From assembly GCA_964016885.1 (NCBI GenBank), contig OZ024745.1, forward strand, positions 112,530,001-112,594,000: a stretch of 64,000 nucleotides of DNA, in the 5' to 3' direction. The notes beneath the pieces are model-generated. The model saw only the letters and a program-made list of their open reading frames with translations, ran no database searches and had not been told where the DNA came from. This DNA comes from Eledone cirrhosa (Eukaryota). A program made the translations under genes and the position numbers. Positions 26,026 to 40,726 of the stretch are shown piece by piece. Within the stretch, counting starts at the first letter, position 1; every line of letters begins with the position of its first letter.

Positions 26026-26706
26026 ACAAACCAAGTTTGTTTATGAAAGAGCGAGTGAAGTTTAAAAATAAAGTAAAAATATAAGCTTAAAAAATATAAG
26101 CTTATACCACATTTGACTGAATGGAAAAACGATGAGTACATGTACCTCAATACTCATCCTTTATTACAACTATATACAAAGTCAATAAATAGCTGTGCAA
26201 GACAGACCTTACACCCTACGTAATACGCGTTCAATTCAATAGCGCAACTCAATATACTTTCTGCACAACACACATAGTACAGACTCTATAGTATAGTGTT
26301 TGTATGGTATAGAGTCTGTACCATTTCCAGTCAATAATATAAGTACACAAAGTACACAAAGTACACAAAGTACACAAAATACACAAAGAATATTCGAAAC
26401 ACCACTTAATTATATAGCACAACACGTGCAATATTTACATAATTGACAAGCAAACACTCAGCCAATAACTTAAACAACCCATATTCTACAAGATTACCAG
26501 CCTATAGTATACCACAATTTATACAGTACTTACTCTCCACAATCACATCCAACATAATAACACAAAATAACTCTCACAGTATACACGAAACATAATCCCC
26601 ACCCAACAAAAATAATGCAATTCATATATCGCATATACTACATAACAAACAGACAAAATATTAAAATAACAAATAGAACAAAAAACTTACAACAAGAGCA
26701 AAACAT

Positions 26707-27061
26707 TAAAGGGTGGTCCGAAAGTCTTGTCACCCCCTACCAAAAAGAAAATTATATTATTATTATAATTAATTGTTTCTACTTTAGGCACAAGGCCAGC
26801 AATTACCCAGGGCATTACTGGTACTTTATTTTATCGACCCCGTAAGGATGAAAGGCAAAGTCAACCTCGGCGGGATTTGAACTCAGATCGTAAAGGGACG
26901 TAACTATGTTGGAAAGCATGGCGTCCGACCCTTTACCGATACTGCCAATCCACCGCCCTTATACATTATAATTAATGATATTATATATGATATTATTAAA
27001 ACAAAAAATAATAAAGTTAAAGCAATATGTAGGGGTGACAAGACTTTCGGACCACCCTGTA
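26707..27061. mobile_element. Tc1/mariner-type MITE with a nested SINE
   Basis: ~30-bp TIRs AGGGTGGTCCGAAAGTCTTGTCACCCC (26710-26740 / 27029-27059) and TA flanks. Confidence 0.8.
26770..26959 (-). mobile_element. SINE family A nested in the MITE
   Basis: Full-length match to family A. Confidence 0.92.
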
Positions 27062-28129
27062 TATAGACCCAGTTCTACATACAAATGCAACTGGGGACAA
27101 AGTTGAGATTCGTACAAAATTGTGGCCCCCTCTACACACACATGCACGTACACCTTTTCCATCGAAATTTCTAGAATATCCCCGCTATTAGCCCCCTCTT
27201 AAAATCCTATTACTTCGTTCACCAAAGCCACCAAACAGAAAAAAGTGGCTGCCATTTCATGCAAGCAAATGCAGCGGGATAACAGTTCGACTGGGCTGAC
27301 AGCTGGATCTGTCCGACCAAATTCAAAAGAAGTTCAATAAAACTTTACAATACAGAAATGTTTGGACACAAACCATATGTAGTAATAACAGTTTCATCAC
27401 AAATTTCGGGATATCCTGGCAGACCGCATTGCTATGGTTGTAGGAAACTGGCAATACACTTGGGCAGTGCTGTCAGGCCAAGAGGTTATCTATATAACCC
27501 GATCATAAAGTTTCTCGGAAAAGCCAACTCTGCTTGTTCTCTTCCATACACAAAATATCTCCATAACCATAATTAATCCTCTCGAGAATGCAACAAGGGG
27601 GAAGAAACAACAAAGTATAAGGGAGAAGAGAATAAACATATATGCTGAGGCATTTCTAATTTTATCGCTACCACACACATTCCTAAAATACATCATAAAA
27701 CAGCAATTAATGCTACTCACGAAACGGAGAAGAGATAATTTGACAGAATCAAAGTTCAACAATCAAGAATAAATACACTACACCCGGGGCAGCAAATCTA
27801 TAGCACGCATGCCCAAAGTCACACACGAAAACCTTTTATTGGCACGCTAGAACTATTGCTTTTTGTTAATGATTTTATTATTTTTAAACCAGTAACCTTT
27901 ACTTTAGGATGCACTGCTTCGAAAAACAAAAAATAAACAAAAACAACAACAAACAAAAATAACAAGACAAAAAATCACACAAAATAACAAACAAACAAAA
28001 TAAGGATATTAAAATGTTCGTTAGTAAGAAGTGACCATCTGTTTAAGACAGTATTATGTGTATTAATGTAACCTCTGAGTTTACTGGTATTGCTTGTGAT
28101 CCTCAAATTATATATATTTATCCATATGT

Positions 28130-28850
28130 CGCTCGAAGGGTGTTTGGAGGAGGTTTACTCTGATCTAATGTACTATAATTTGGACATTTGATGGAGTTGT
28201 TAAAACAACACTTTGATAAGATAGAAAACAATTCAATGATGTGAAGTATATAAATGGTTTACAAGGATTTGTTAAACACATGATGTTATGTTTTGATATA
28301 AAAAATAGCTTTGAAATCAGAGAAAAATATTTTTTCAACAACGCGTCGACAATTTCCCCCAGAGTTTGAAAAAATAAAGTAAAACGAGAAAATACATTCA
28401 GAACAGCCAGAAAAAAATTATTGAGCATCATTGAGTCAAATACTGAACAATTTTCTTTAACATTTACTAAGTTTTAGTCATTTGAAAAAAACTTTAAAAT
28501 TCATTAAATGCATCAAGAGTGTAACTCTAGATGAGATGAATTTGAAAATCTTGGAATGGTTGATTTGGATAACTTAGAAGTGAATTGCTTTGATTTAAAA
28601 GATAGCTAAATTTGGAGGACTGAATTAGATAACAATAAAATCACACAGTGGCAGGAAATAGCACAAGGAATGCAGAAAATGAAGATTTAAAACTCTGAGA
28701 TTCAATTCTTGAAACTTGCCAGTCTAACACATCTTGTGATAATATTGCCAATATTTTCATCAACATACTTATGTGAGCCGTAGATTTCAGTAAGGAATTT
28801 GGTAAAGTATAGTTATAGAAGTAAGCTAATTAATGAAACCAATCTTGATC
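28130..28850 (+). pseudogene. hAT (SPIN/GTF2IRD2-like) transposase relic
   Basis: 28742-28840 translates IFSSTYLCEP*ISVRNLVKYSYRSKLINE, similar to the FGSTYxCExxFSxMxxxKxxxRSxLTD motif. The 5' limit is approximate. Confidence 0.7.
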
Positions 28851-29228
28851 ATAGCCAGACCTATCACCTTTCCCCGTCCGAGATCTCCCACCCAGTTTAG
28901 GGTGGGTGAGAGATGTCTTCTCTTGTTAAAATGTGTATAGCTTTCATTATGTAAAATCTCCTCATTTTGCCTCATTTCTCCCAGTTTTGGGGCACTTTTT
29001 GGCATGGTTCTCCCCGTTTGGATTTTTAGAGGTTGGCAGGTCTGATCATAGCTCTGAAACAATCAAATACAATCCTCATATAAAGTATCTATAGTCGGTA
29101 CCATAGACGCAAAAGTCTCACGGAGTATAACATGTATATTTCCCTTTCCTTAATTTTTATTAGTTTAATAAATGTTCACATTTCGTCTTTCTTATTATTA
29201 AGGCCTTGTGTCTAAATTAGAAATCATT

Positions 29229-29416
29229 TGGATTGACAATATCGGTAGAGCGTCAGACACCATGCTCTGCAGCATAGAGTTATGGCCCTTAATGTTCTGA
29301 GTTCAAATCTCGCCGAGGTTAACTTTGCTTTTCATCCTTACAGGGTTCATAAAATAAAGCACCAGTAATGTACTGGGAATAATTGCTGGCTTTGTGCCAA
29401 AAGTAGAAACAGTTAT
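29229..29416 (+). mobile_element. SINE family A
   Basis: Match to family A. Confidence 0.88.
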
Positions 29417-29636
29417 TAAGTTACAAAAGTTAAGTCCCTTTGTAGTGAGAACTGACATGTGCGCAGGATCGAAATTGTCCCCAGGGAAAGCAGCCACAAT
29501 ATATCTCTTGCAATCGTGCAAAACAAATATTCTGCAAATGGTCTCAAAAGACTAAAGATGATTTTCCAAATGTTTGGACATTTCAGAAGAAAAAAAAGAA
29601 CGCTCTTTTTCTGATTTGCTTGTTTAAAGAATAGAA

Positions 29637-29663
29637 ACAGAAAGTGAGAGATGGGGAAGAGAT

Positions 29664-29729
<66 letters not shown>

Positions 29730-30098
29730 GAGAGAGAAGAAAAAGAGAGGGGGTAGTAGTGAGAAAGAGAAAGAAAGAAAGAGAGAAAGAGAGAGAAAGA
29801 AGGTGGTAGAGAGAAAGAGAGGGAAGCGAAAGAGAAATAGAGAGTGGTAGAGAGAAAGAGAGAGAAGCGAAAGAGAAAAAGAGAGTGGTAGAGAACAAGA
29901 AAGAGAAGTGAAAGATAAAGAGAGAGTGGTAGAGAGAAAGAGAGAGAAGTGAGAGAGAAAGAGGTAGAGAAAAAGAGAGAGAAGTGAAAGAGAAAAAGAG
30001 AGTGGTAGGAGAAGCGAAAGAGATAGATAGAGAGAGGGTAGAGAAAAAGAGAGAGAAGTGAAAAAGAAAGAGAGAGTGGTAGAGAAAAAGAGGGAAGT

Positions 30099-30137
<39 letters not shown>

Positions 30138-30540
30138 GAGAAAGAAAGAGAGAGAGGTAGAGAGAGTGGTAGAGAGAAAGAGAGAGTGGTTGAGAGAAAG
30201 AGAAAGAAGTGAGAGGAGAGAGAAAGAGAGAAAGCGAAAGAGAAAGATAGAGTGGTAGAGAAAAAGAGAGAGAGGCGAAAGAGAAAGAGAGAGTGATAGA
30301 GAAAAGAGAGAAAAAGCGAGAGAAACGAAAGAGAAAAAGAGAGAGAAGCGGAAGAGAAAATAGAGTGGTAGAGAGAAGCGGAAGAGAAAATAGAGTGGTA
30401 GAGAGAAGAGAGGAAAAGACAGAGAAGTGAAAGAGAAAAAGAGAGTGGTAGGGGAAAAGAGAGAAAAGCGAGAGGGAAATAGAGAGGGATGGAGAAAAAG
30501 AGAGAGAAGAGAAAATATACCGAAAGAGAAATGAGAGAGA
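29637..30540. repeat. ~900-bp polypurine (GA-rich) degenerate minisatellite
   Basis: Recurring AGAGTGGTAGAGAGAAAGAG and GAAG(C/T)GAAAGAG units. Confidence 0.95.
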
Positions 30541-30796
30541 ATTCATTATTTTTGTCAGACGTGATTTTACCTGAGTCTTCACAAGGAAATAACAACATAT
30601 AAACAAATAAATAATGTAAGATAAAAAAACAAAAACAAAACAAAAATAGAACATACTAAGTCATGTAAATCATGTTATTTTCTAGGTGTAAATAAAAGTT
30701 GGCTATATGGTATTTATCAACATTCCACTGCTTCTTGTCATGGTGCTAATATTGACAAACGAGAAACTGGACCGTATTATATTAGCAGCAGCTAAA

Positions 30797-31591
30797 AGGG
30801 CGGTGAATTGGCAGTATCGGTAGAGGGTCGGACGCCATGCTTTCCAGCATAGTTACGTCCCTTTACAGTCTGAGTTCAAATCCCGCTGAGGTTAACTTTG
30901 CCTTTCATCCTTACGGGGTCGATAAAATAAAGTACCAGTAATGCACTGGATAATTGCTGGCCTTGTGCCTAAAGTAGAAACAATTATATTATTTAGAAGC
31001 AGCGGATTGGCCGTATCTGTAGAACGTCGGACACCATGTTTTGCAGCATAGAGTTATGACCCTTTACGTTCTGGGTTCAAATCTCGCTTTGCTTTTCATC
31101 CTTACGTGGTTGGTAAAATAAAGTACCAGTAATTCACTGGGGTATTTGCTGTCCTTGTTCCAAAAGTAGAAACAATTATATTATTTAGCAGCAGTGTATT
31201 GGCAGTCTCTGTAGAACGTTGGACACCATGCTTTACAGCATAGAGTTATGACCCTTTACGTTCTGGGTTCAAATCTCGCTTTGCTTTTCATCCTTACGTG
31301 GTCGGTAAAATAAAGCACCAGTAATTCACTGGGGTATTCGCTGTCCTTGTTCCAAAAGTAGAAACAATTATATTATTTAGCAGCAGCGGATTGGCCGTAT
31401 CTGTAGAACGTCAGACACCATGATTTGAAGCATAGAATTATGGCCCTTTACGTTCTGGCTGGGTTCAAATCCCGCCGAGGTTAGCTTTGCCTTTCATCCT
31501 TACGGGATCGATAAAATAAAGCACCAGTAATGCACTGGGGTAATTGCTGGCCTTGTGCCAAAAGTAGAAAAATTAATTATATTATTTAGCA
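30797..31591 (+). mobile_element. Head-to-tail array of four SINE A copies
   Basis: Units start at 30797, 31002, 31194 and 31386, joined by TATATTATTTAG(C/A)AGCAG. Confidence 0.92.
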
Positions 31592-31885
31592 CCATGTGCT
31601 GAGAGACAGTCAAACAAATACTGACACACACACACGCGCAGGCGCGGACGCGCACACAGAAACTTAAACATTTGCCCAATATTTATTTTAGTTGTTTTAA
31701 AGGTAATGGACACCTCAAAGTACATATATTGTGATTTTTTTCACCCCTATTTTCCCCCCTTTCCTGTCCCTGCGTCTCTCTAAGGAAGAAGAAGAAGAAG
31801 AAGAAGAAGAATATTTATATATTTATATATGTGTGTTTGTGCGTGCGTGTTTGTGTGTATATATATAAATATATATATATATATA

Positions 31886-32050
31886 GGAAAAAGTATGACG
31901 GCTATTTCTGGACTCCAGAAATAGCCGTCGAAAGGGCTTGAGCTCTGCCGTCGGGGTCATACTTTTTCCTATTTCCCACTCTACTACCCTAAGTATTGAG
32001 TACTCTGGTGCGTTATGGTCCATCTGGTTCCTTACCACAATTCCTTCGTT
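31886..32050. mobile_element. (TA)n-embedded fold-back element F1, copy 2
   Basis: Homologous to 12995-13202. Confidence 0.8.
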
Positions 32051-32288
32051 ATATATATATATATATATATATTATGTATAGAACTGATTTCTACAGGACT
32101 AGAACTGTTTCATACAGATCATCAGGTGATTTCACACGATTTACCTGCTTCGACGCAGTTTACTTTAAGCTAGCACACATTCAAAATTCATATTTTGCTC
32201 AATGGTCGGTAAGTATGATTCATTGTTTATATATATACATATAAACATGCATAGATACGTTCATACAGTCACAGTATTTCCTTTACCT

Positions 32289-32685
<397 letters not shown>

Positions 32686-32780
32686 CACTACTCCGGAGTA
32701 ACCAAACCAACCTGCGCACTTCGTCGAGTGCTCCAGCCTGCATACTGAGGTGTTGGTATACAACCAACATAAACTCAAAA

Positions 32781-32835
<55 letters not shown>

Positions 32836-33189
32836 GATATAGATATAGAGAGAGAGAGAGACAGAGAGATCTCAATACATTTCCGTTATATGATATAATT
32901 CCTGAATTAATCTCTGAATATACAAACACACATACGCACACATACATACACGCACACACACATTTCGTGGCTTATCTTATTCAGTTTTCCCCCTCCCCTT
33001 TCTAGTTTTTATTATCAGTAAAATGTTATCGGATGGTCGATCATTAAAAAATATATAAACAAACAATATGAACGTCTTATTATTCATTGCAAATTAAGTC
33101 TGAAGAATATGGTGCTGGAAAGAATGAGGCTTAGAATGATGCTTATAATAATAATGATAAAACATTGTCATTCTTCGTCTTCTCGATCT

Positions 33190-34010
33190 GGAGCTTTTAT
33201 GAAGTGTAATGGAAGAAAATCCTAAGCAAATTATACGAAAATTGGTAAAATTGTTCAATACATGCCACAAGTTTATTGTAATACAACTACACGAAATGGA
33301 AAAAGTGTCTAAACTTGGTCAGTTGGTACCACATAATCTGACTGTTACTCAACTCGATCAAAGAGTTGCCCTTTGCAATTTATTAAAGAGTAGACTTGCT
33401 GATGACCCATTTCTGGGCAGAATACTAGCCAGTTATGAAAAGTGGGTACAGTACAGTAATATTCAAGGAAAACGACAAAGGTTATCACCCAATGAAAAGG
33501 GGGAAGCGCCACCCAAACTAGGACAATGCCCAGTAAAGTTTATGCTTTGTTTGGTGTATATGAAGGGTAGCATCTATTATAAAATGTTGAACTCAGGCGA
33601 GACAGCTAATGTTGATAATTATTGCCACCAACTGGAATCATTACATTAAAATTTGCAGAAAAGGCGACTAGCATTGGCAAATTGTAAAGGTGTGTTACTC
33701 CTATACGAGAATGCAAGACCACATATTGCCCGAATTACACAGAACAAAATTCTTACTCTTAATAAGAAAGTTTTGCGTCATACTCTTTATTCACCTGACC
33801 TTTTTTCATCGGATTATCATCTTTTCAGATCCTTGCAACCATTTTTTAAATGGAAAACAGTTTACCAATCGAAAAGAGGTAAAAATAAACATTGAATCCT
33901 CCTTTGCTTTGCAACTTAAAGAATGTTATACTAGATGGATCAACAACTTGCCAGCCAGATGGGATTATGTTATTAAAATGAGTGGAAATATTATCCTGAT
34001 TGAATGTATC
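33190..34010 (+). pseudogene. Mariner (DD34D) transposase pseudogene
   Basis: LVPHNL (WVPHEL), ASYEKW (TGDEKW), YENARPH (HDNARPH), YSPDLFSSDYHLF (YSPDLAPSDY). Stop at 33647 and a frameshift near 33840. Confidence 0.93.
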
Positions 34011-34575
34011 CATCATAACAAACTAAACATCTTTTCCTTTTCGTGTCTAAGATGTGACACGACTTTGTATTTCAATCTATTAAAGATGGAGGAGGAGGGG
34101 GGCAGCAATTTCCTCTCCACCCTCAGGAGGCTTGGCTGAAGAGGAATATGTCTATTGTTAGTCCTTTCAGTCGCGTCCACCACACAACCTTTTTCGCTAC
34201 AGTCACTAGACCGAGGAAATCTGCCTGCCCTTTCCGACCAAGAGGAGGTGGTGGGGAAACCTTCACGATGGATTTGTATACCAGCCTCTCCTATCTCTCT
34301 CCATTGAAAATGCCAATAAATGTGTTTAGTTTATGATTTTTTTATAGCGAAAATTATCAAGAAATTTAAAATTGAAATTGAACTTATAGTTTTGCGTGAG
34401 ACCACAGAACAAATTATTCTGAAGGTTGAAAATAAGGGAAGGAGGAAAACGGTGTATCTTATCTATCTATCTATCTATTTATCTATAGCTATATATATAT
34501 ATTTATATATATATAAATATATGTATATATATACATATATATACACACACATATACACACGCATACATACATACC

Positions 34576-34615
<40 letters not shown>

Positions 34616-34962
34616 GGTAATATATATATATTACATATACCTTTCAATCAAATATTGTTACTCTAATAATTAGTCACTCTATGGGAGTCCAAGTTTCAGT
34701 TATTTTCTTCTAGTGACTATCCGTTCGCAAAGACTTGTAATTCTAAAACAAAACAAAACTAGAAAAGATATTTAGATTCCTATTAATTAAACAGTTATAT
34801 ATAAGTCATGTAAACATTGGGAGTTTGTACGCTTAGCTGAAGCTATATCAAAACAACGAACGAATCTTTAATTATAAATATATTTATTTAATTTTTACTC
34901 TAATACCATTGTTATACAAATAGCAAACTAGTTAACAATAAACAATACATCTACACGTGCAT

Positions 34963-35050
<88 letters not shown>

Positions 35051-35095
35051 ATATATCTTTATACATATATAAATCTTTATACATATATATAGTAA

Positions 35096-35288
35096 CAATT
35101 GTTTCTACTTTTTGGCACAAGGCCAGCAATTATCCAGTGTTTTACTGGTACTTTATTTTATCGACTCCGTAAGGATGAAAGGCAAAGTCAACCTCGGCGG
35201 GATTTGAACTCAGATCATAAAGGGCCGTAACTCTTTGCTGCAAAGCATGGCCTCCGACTCTCCACCGATACTGCCAATCCACCGCCCT
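35096..35288 (-). mobile_element. SINE family A
   Basis: Full-length match to family A. Confidence 0.92.
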
Positions 35289-35319
35289 GCATATATATAT
35301 AGTAATAATAATTGCTAAG

Positions 35320-36110
35320 ACCAAAATCCGACGAGGGCAGGAATAGCTTATCTTCACGGAACGCCAACCGAATATTTTATTGTACCTATGTTTGGAGGGG
35401 TATTATTTAATCTTGTACCTGAGGTGGTTATCTAAAAGGACCTTGTTATAATAGGAGGCTGCCTTATCAAATATCTCCTTAGTGTATGATAGATTCGAAA
35501 TCCTACAGCTATTATTAGAGACTAGATTTTAAAAAAACACAGAGAGATGGGTTGCCGGGTCCTCGGTTTATATATTTAAATTTTCCGTTATGTTTATGAT
35601 AGGTTTATACGTACCTGAAGCTAAGTCTAAGTTAACATGGTGGAAATTGTCATTAGAAAGGTTCAATCTATTATAATATTAAGTCCTAGTGTGCGAAGGA
35701 CTTTAATTACATCTTTACGGACAGTGTCTGGGGTATGGACATTGCAATTGTGTAATAAACAAAGACCTTCGTCTCGGCATAGTCAAAAAGGTGGTTGAGG
35801 AATTGATACTTATGTACACGAAGCAGTTGTGATCCGAACAGGTCGCACACATCAGCGTGTCCTAGATCCTATTAAGACGTCGAATGAATCTTCTAAGTCG
35901 GAGTTTTTAACCCATGTATTCCTATTTTTAAACAAGAGGGTAAAACTTCGAGCGAATAAAGTTACACTAACAAAAGATTTCAAGCTCGAGGAGGTTAAAA
36001 TATTTGAAAAGAAAACGAATCAACTCCCGAGGAGTATAATCCGTACTATATAAGGGATTAAACGTTGAGTAAACAAATCCAACATAGTATTATTACAGAT
36101 GCACAAAGAA
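35320..36110 (-). pseudogene. Penelope-like element reverse transcriptase fragment
   Basis: Minus-strand pieces LLFKNRNTWVK, SFDVLIGS, *LCRDEGL (GLYRDDGL), LDLASGTYKP, RISNLSYTKEIFDKAA occur in the order I recall for invertebrate PLE RT/thumb. Multiple frameshifts. Confidence 0.75.
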
Positions 36111-36239
36111 TTTAATTACTAACGGATAGAAAAACGAAATAAAAACATCTACAGCATTTTATTTGCTTTATGCATGCTTCAAGAGTGAAGAGATTAAAAA
36201 AGGGAATGTTGAAAGGTTTGTTTCAAGCTTCATTATTAC

Positions 36240-36430
36240 GAGCGTCGGACACCATACTTCGCATAATAGACATAGAGTTACTGCCCTTTACGTTCTGAGT
36301 TCAAATCCCGTCGAGGTTAGATTTGCCTTTGATTCTTACGGGGTCGCACCAGTAATGCACTGGGTCGATTTAATCTACTTACCGCACCCCTTCAAATTGC
36401 TGGCTTTGTGCCTAAAATAGAAACAATTAT
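36240..36430 (+). mobile_element. SINE family A (5' truncated)
   Basis: Match to family A. Confidence 0.8.
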
Positions 36431-36802
36431 TACGAGTAATATATATAGAGATATATCTATATATTAGAATCAAAGCATTGACTAAAGGAATTTAACTTTA
36501 ACCATTAATTTTACTAAATCTTGTATCTTCAGATACTTTATAAAAATATAGTAAAATAGATAAACAGGTAATTTCAAGCAACAATTCCAAATATCGCAAG
36601 AATTTCATGTCTGCAAAATACCGTATATAACCAGACCTGTATAGCCACGCGGTATATTTAAAGAACACAACATTATTATATTTAATTTAATGTAAGATAT
36701 AGAGAAAGAAAGATAGAAGGCAAATATGTAGCGTCATATACGATATATATTACAATGATAAATATGCGCAGAATATTTGTGAAATTTTAACATACTAAAT
36801 AA

Positions 36803-37122
36803 ATAATTATTTCTACTTTTGGTACAAGGCCAGCAATTACCCCAGTGCATTGGAGGTACTTTATTTTATCGACCCCCGTAAGGATGAAAGGCAAAGTTAA
36901 CCTCGGCGGCATTTGAACTCAGATCATAAAGGGCCGTAACTCTATTCTGCAAAGCATGGTGTCCGACTCTCTACCGATACTGCCAATCCACTAAATAAAT
37001 AATTGTTTCTACTTTAGGCACAAGGCCAGCAATTACCCAGTGCATTACTGGTACTTTATTTTATCGACTCCGTAAGGATGAAAGGCAAAGTTAACCTCGG
37101 CGGGATTTGAACTCAGATCGTA
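36803..37122 (-). mobile_element. Two tandem SINE A copies (one truncated)
   Basis: 36803-36990 and 36999-37122, both preceded by ACTAAATAAATAATT. Confidence 0.9.
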
Positions 37123-37171
37123 AAATAAATATAATATTAGATGTGAAGGTGTAATATAATACTTATGTCTG

Positions 37172-37203
<32 letters not shown>

Positions 37204-37207
37204 CATG

Positions 37208-37268
<61 letters not shown>

Positions 37269-37345
37269 ATATATACATATTTGTACATAAAAACGTTAAA
37301 ACAGTAATTGTATTATTAGAGAGCATTAGATTATGCATGTATGTA

Positions 37346-37417
<72 letters not shown>

Positions 37418-39123
37418 TACATACATGCATATTCTAATCTCTCTAATAATACAATTACTGTTATAACGTTTTTATGTACAAATGCCTTGTAGAAAATGTA
37501 TGCAAATAATGTAACTATTCATTCCTTTCATTGCCAAATTTCTAATGAAAAATACTACCATTTTCGAACTAATCACGAATTTGGAGGTATTTTGTAATAC
37601 AACTAAGTTTCTTATTATTAACCTGATGTTTGGAACATATCTTTACAAAGGTTCTTTATGGTGGTAGATTTTTACATGAACAATTAAAGTTTTGCAGTGT
37701 AAAGATAGGCGTGATTCAGGCGGTTTGATATCAATTTAAATAATCTGGGTAACATAGAATCTACATTTAGTAAACATTAAACAAAATGTCCAAAAATATT
37801 TCATGACATCCAACAAAGGATCTTGCTTGTTATCAAGTTCATCAAGAGAGGGGCAGACAAATCCCGTTCCACTGAGGATTTGGGTACAAGTGTAACATTG
37901 GCCCAATGTCAGGACATATTTTATTGTGTATTTTGTTAAATGTCTACTAGTGTAGATTTCGTTGTTCCTCATAATATCTAAATGTAAGCACACACGCGCA
38001 ATTACGTACACATATACGCGTGCAGGCACACATACTTATATTTATTTCACAGACTTCTTCATTTAGTCTTAACGCTAATCCCTACATCTAACCACAAACA
38101 TAATCTTAAACAATAACCTAACCCAAATCCTAAACCAAATATCTAAACTCTATCTTTAAACCGTAACCCTAAAACACATAGACCCTAAAATATAACGTGA
38201 TACCCCCCACCCCCCACCCCCACCCTAACCACTAACATAACATTGTACCTTAAAAAAAATCTGTAAATCTTAACCATAAACATAACTCATAACTCTGAAG
38301 ACTAACACTAACTTCTGCTAAGGCCTTAAAACTAATTACAATATGTTATATATTTTTGTCGAAAATATTTATATTTATAGCGGATGCACACAGACAGACC
38401 AAGCACATATAAAATGTTAATAGACCCAGACACGCATAAAGACCACCAATACAATGTATACACCACTTCAACAACCCATTGGCACATACACACAAAGAAG
38501 AATTAAAAACAACATACACACTCACATGACAGCATGATTTTTTTTTTATCCTTTTCTAATTTCTGAACGTCCTCTTTCTGCTTTCTACTTCCTCTGATGA
38601 AGGAATAACGTCCGATACGTTGAACTTTCCTTTCCTTCTGTTTCAAACGTGAAGACTACCTGCTATTGTATCTCTGTTTGTCTTTTGTTAACTATATATA
38701 TATATAGATGGATATACATCCTTATGTGTTGTGTGTGAGTGTGTGAGCATGCACCTGGGTGTGTCTCTGTGTGTGTTGTGTGCGTTTAGGTGTGGGGTCC
38801 TATTGTCTGTAGATCGTTTTTAATTTACTTAAATAGTAATCTAATATAATATTCAATAGAATTCTTACCTTCAAAATTTTAAATTAAAATTGTAAAGTAG
38901 CAAGTAATCTAAATGCTTTAAACAAACAAACAAAACCACGAACAAGAACAACGATAACAACATCAACAAAAATAAAAATAAAACACTGTACCCCTACAGT
39001 CCTGAAATATAGTGTAGTTTAATAGGTTTTACGCAATCTGGCAACAGCCAAACACATCCAGACGAGATATTTGAAATGCAGTGAAAACCAAGACAGAATA
39101 CGATTCGGTCGTATTATTTTTTC

Positions 39124-39301
39124 AATTGGCAGTATCGGTAGATGGTCGGACATGCTTTCCAGCATAGTTACGTCCCTTTATGATCTGAGTTCAAATCCCA
39201 CCAAGGTTAACTTTGCCTTTCATCCATACGGGGTCGATAAAATAAAGTACCAGTAATGTACTGAGAATTTGCTGGCCTTGTGCCAAAAGTAGAAACAATT
39301 A
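39124..39301 (+). mobile_element. SINE family A
   Basis: Match to family A. Confidence 0.9.
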
Positions 39302-39646
39302 TTTTTTCATCAGAACCTAAGCAGACATATACTTATATATATACTATACACACATACATAAATGTTTTAAAGAAGTATTGAGACCAACATTTCGTTTTAA
39401 TAGAAAACCGTATCCGTGAATAATATAGAGATAGAAGTCGAAAAAAAAAGAAAGAAAAAAATTGACTATTTATATTATGCATACAAAAAAACGTGTTTTT
39501 TCTTAATTTTTGTTTTGCCATCCATTGCGTTTGAATAAAAAATATTCTGACTTCCAGCATGTATGATTTTTAATTTACTAAATCTATTTTCGTTCATAGA
39601 AAATACTCATGCGTCATCCCCGAAACGCTTTTCAACATTTCTGTAC

Positions 39647-40160
<514 letters not shown>

Positions 40161-40269
40161 GAGTATGTGTATGTTACTAAAATTTTATAGAATACGTAAC
40201 AACCATAAAGTCTCGAAAGATTGTGGAAGGTCTGAAATTATTTTAATCATTTTTTTTTAAATTTAGGGA

Positions 40270-40455
40270 CACGGGATAGGGGAAGTCGATTATATTGAAC
40301 CCATTACTTAAATAATACTTTATTTTATCGACCACGAAAGGATGAAAAGCAAAGTTACCCTTGCTGGGGTTTGAACTGAGAACGTAAAGAACCGAAACAA
40401 ATACCACAAAGCATCTGTCTGACGCTCTAGCGACTCTGTCAATCTCCCTAAGGCG
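40270..40455 (-). mobile_element. SINE family A, older subfamily
   Basis: TTTTATCGACCACGAAAGGATGAAAAGCAAAG block. Confidence 0.8.
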
Positions 40456-40726
40456 CGAAGTACGGTAATTTTTTTGCGGGAACTGAAGGGATCGATTAAA
40501 TTGACTACAGTTTTCGACTGGTATTGGTAATATGTTATATTGAAAGCCAACATAAGTGACAGAAAATGTCTTCACATGTTAATATATTTAGCGTGTTATT
40601 TATAAATATTTTCTTGATGTTGATAGTGAAGATGGTGCACGATATTTATAGTATTTGAAGATATATGAGTGTATGTATGTATGTATGTATGTATGTATGT
40701 ATGTATGTATGTATGTATGTATGTAT

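Noticed and set aside
27358-27576. LINE ORF1 zinc knuckle (GYPGRPHCYGC)
   Set aside because: Only half a knuckle is visible; too little to support without a search.
29416-30654. 412-aa and 339-aa Leu/Ser/Phe 'membrane protein' ORFs
   Set aside because: Antisense translations of the polypurine tract.
37736-38029. Possible host exon
   Set aside because: No recognisable domain or clear splice pair.
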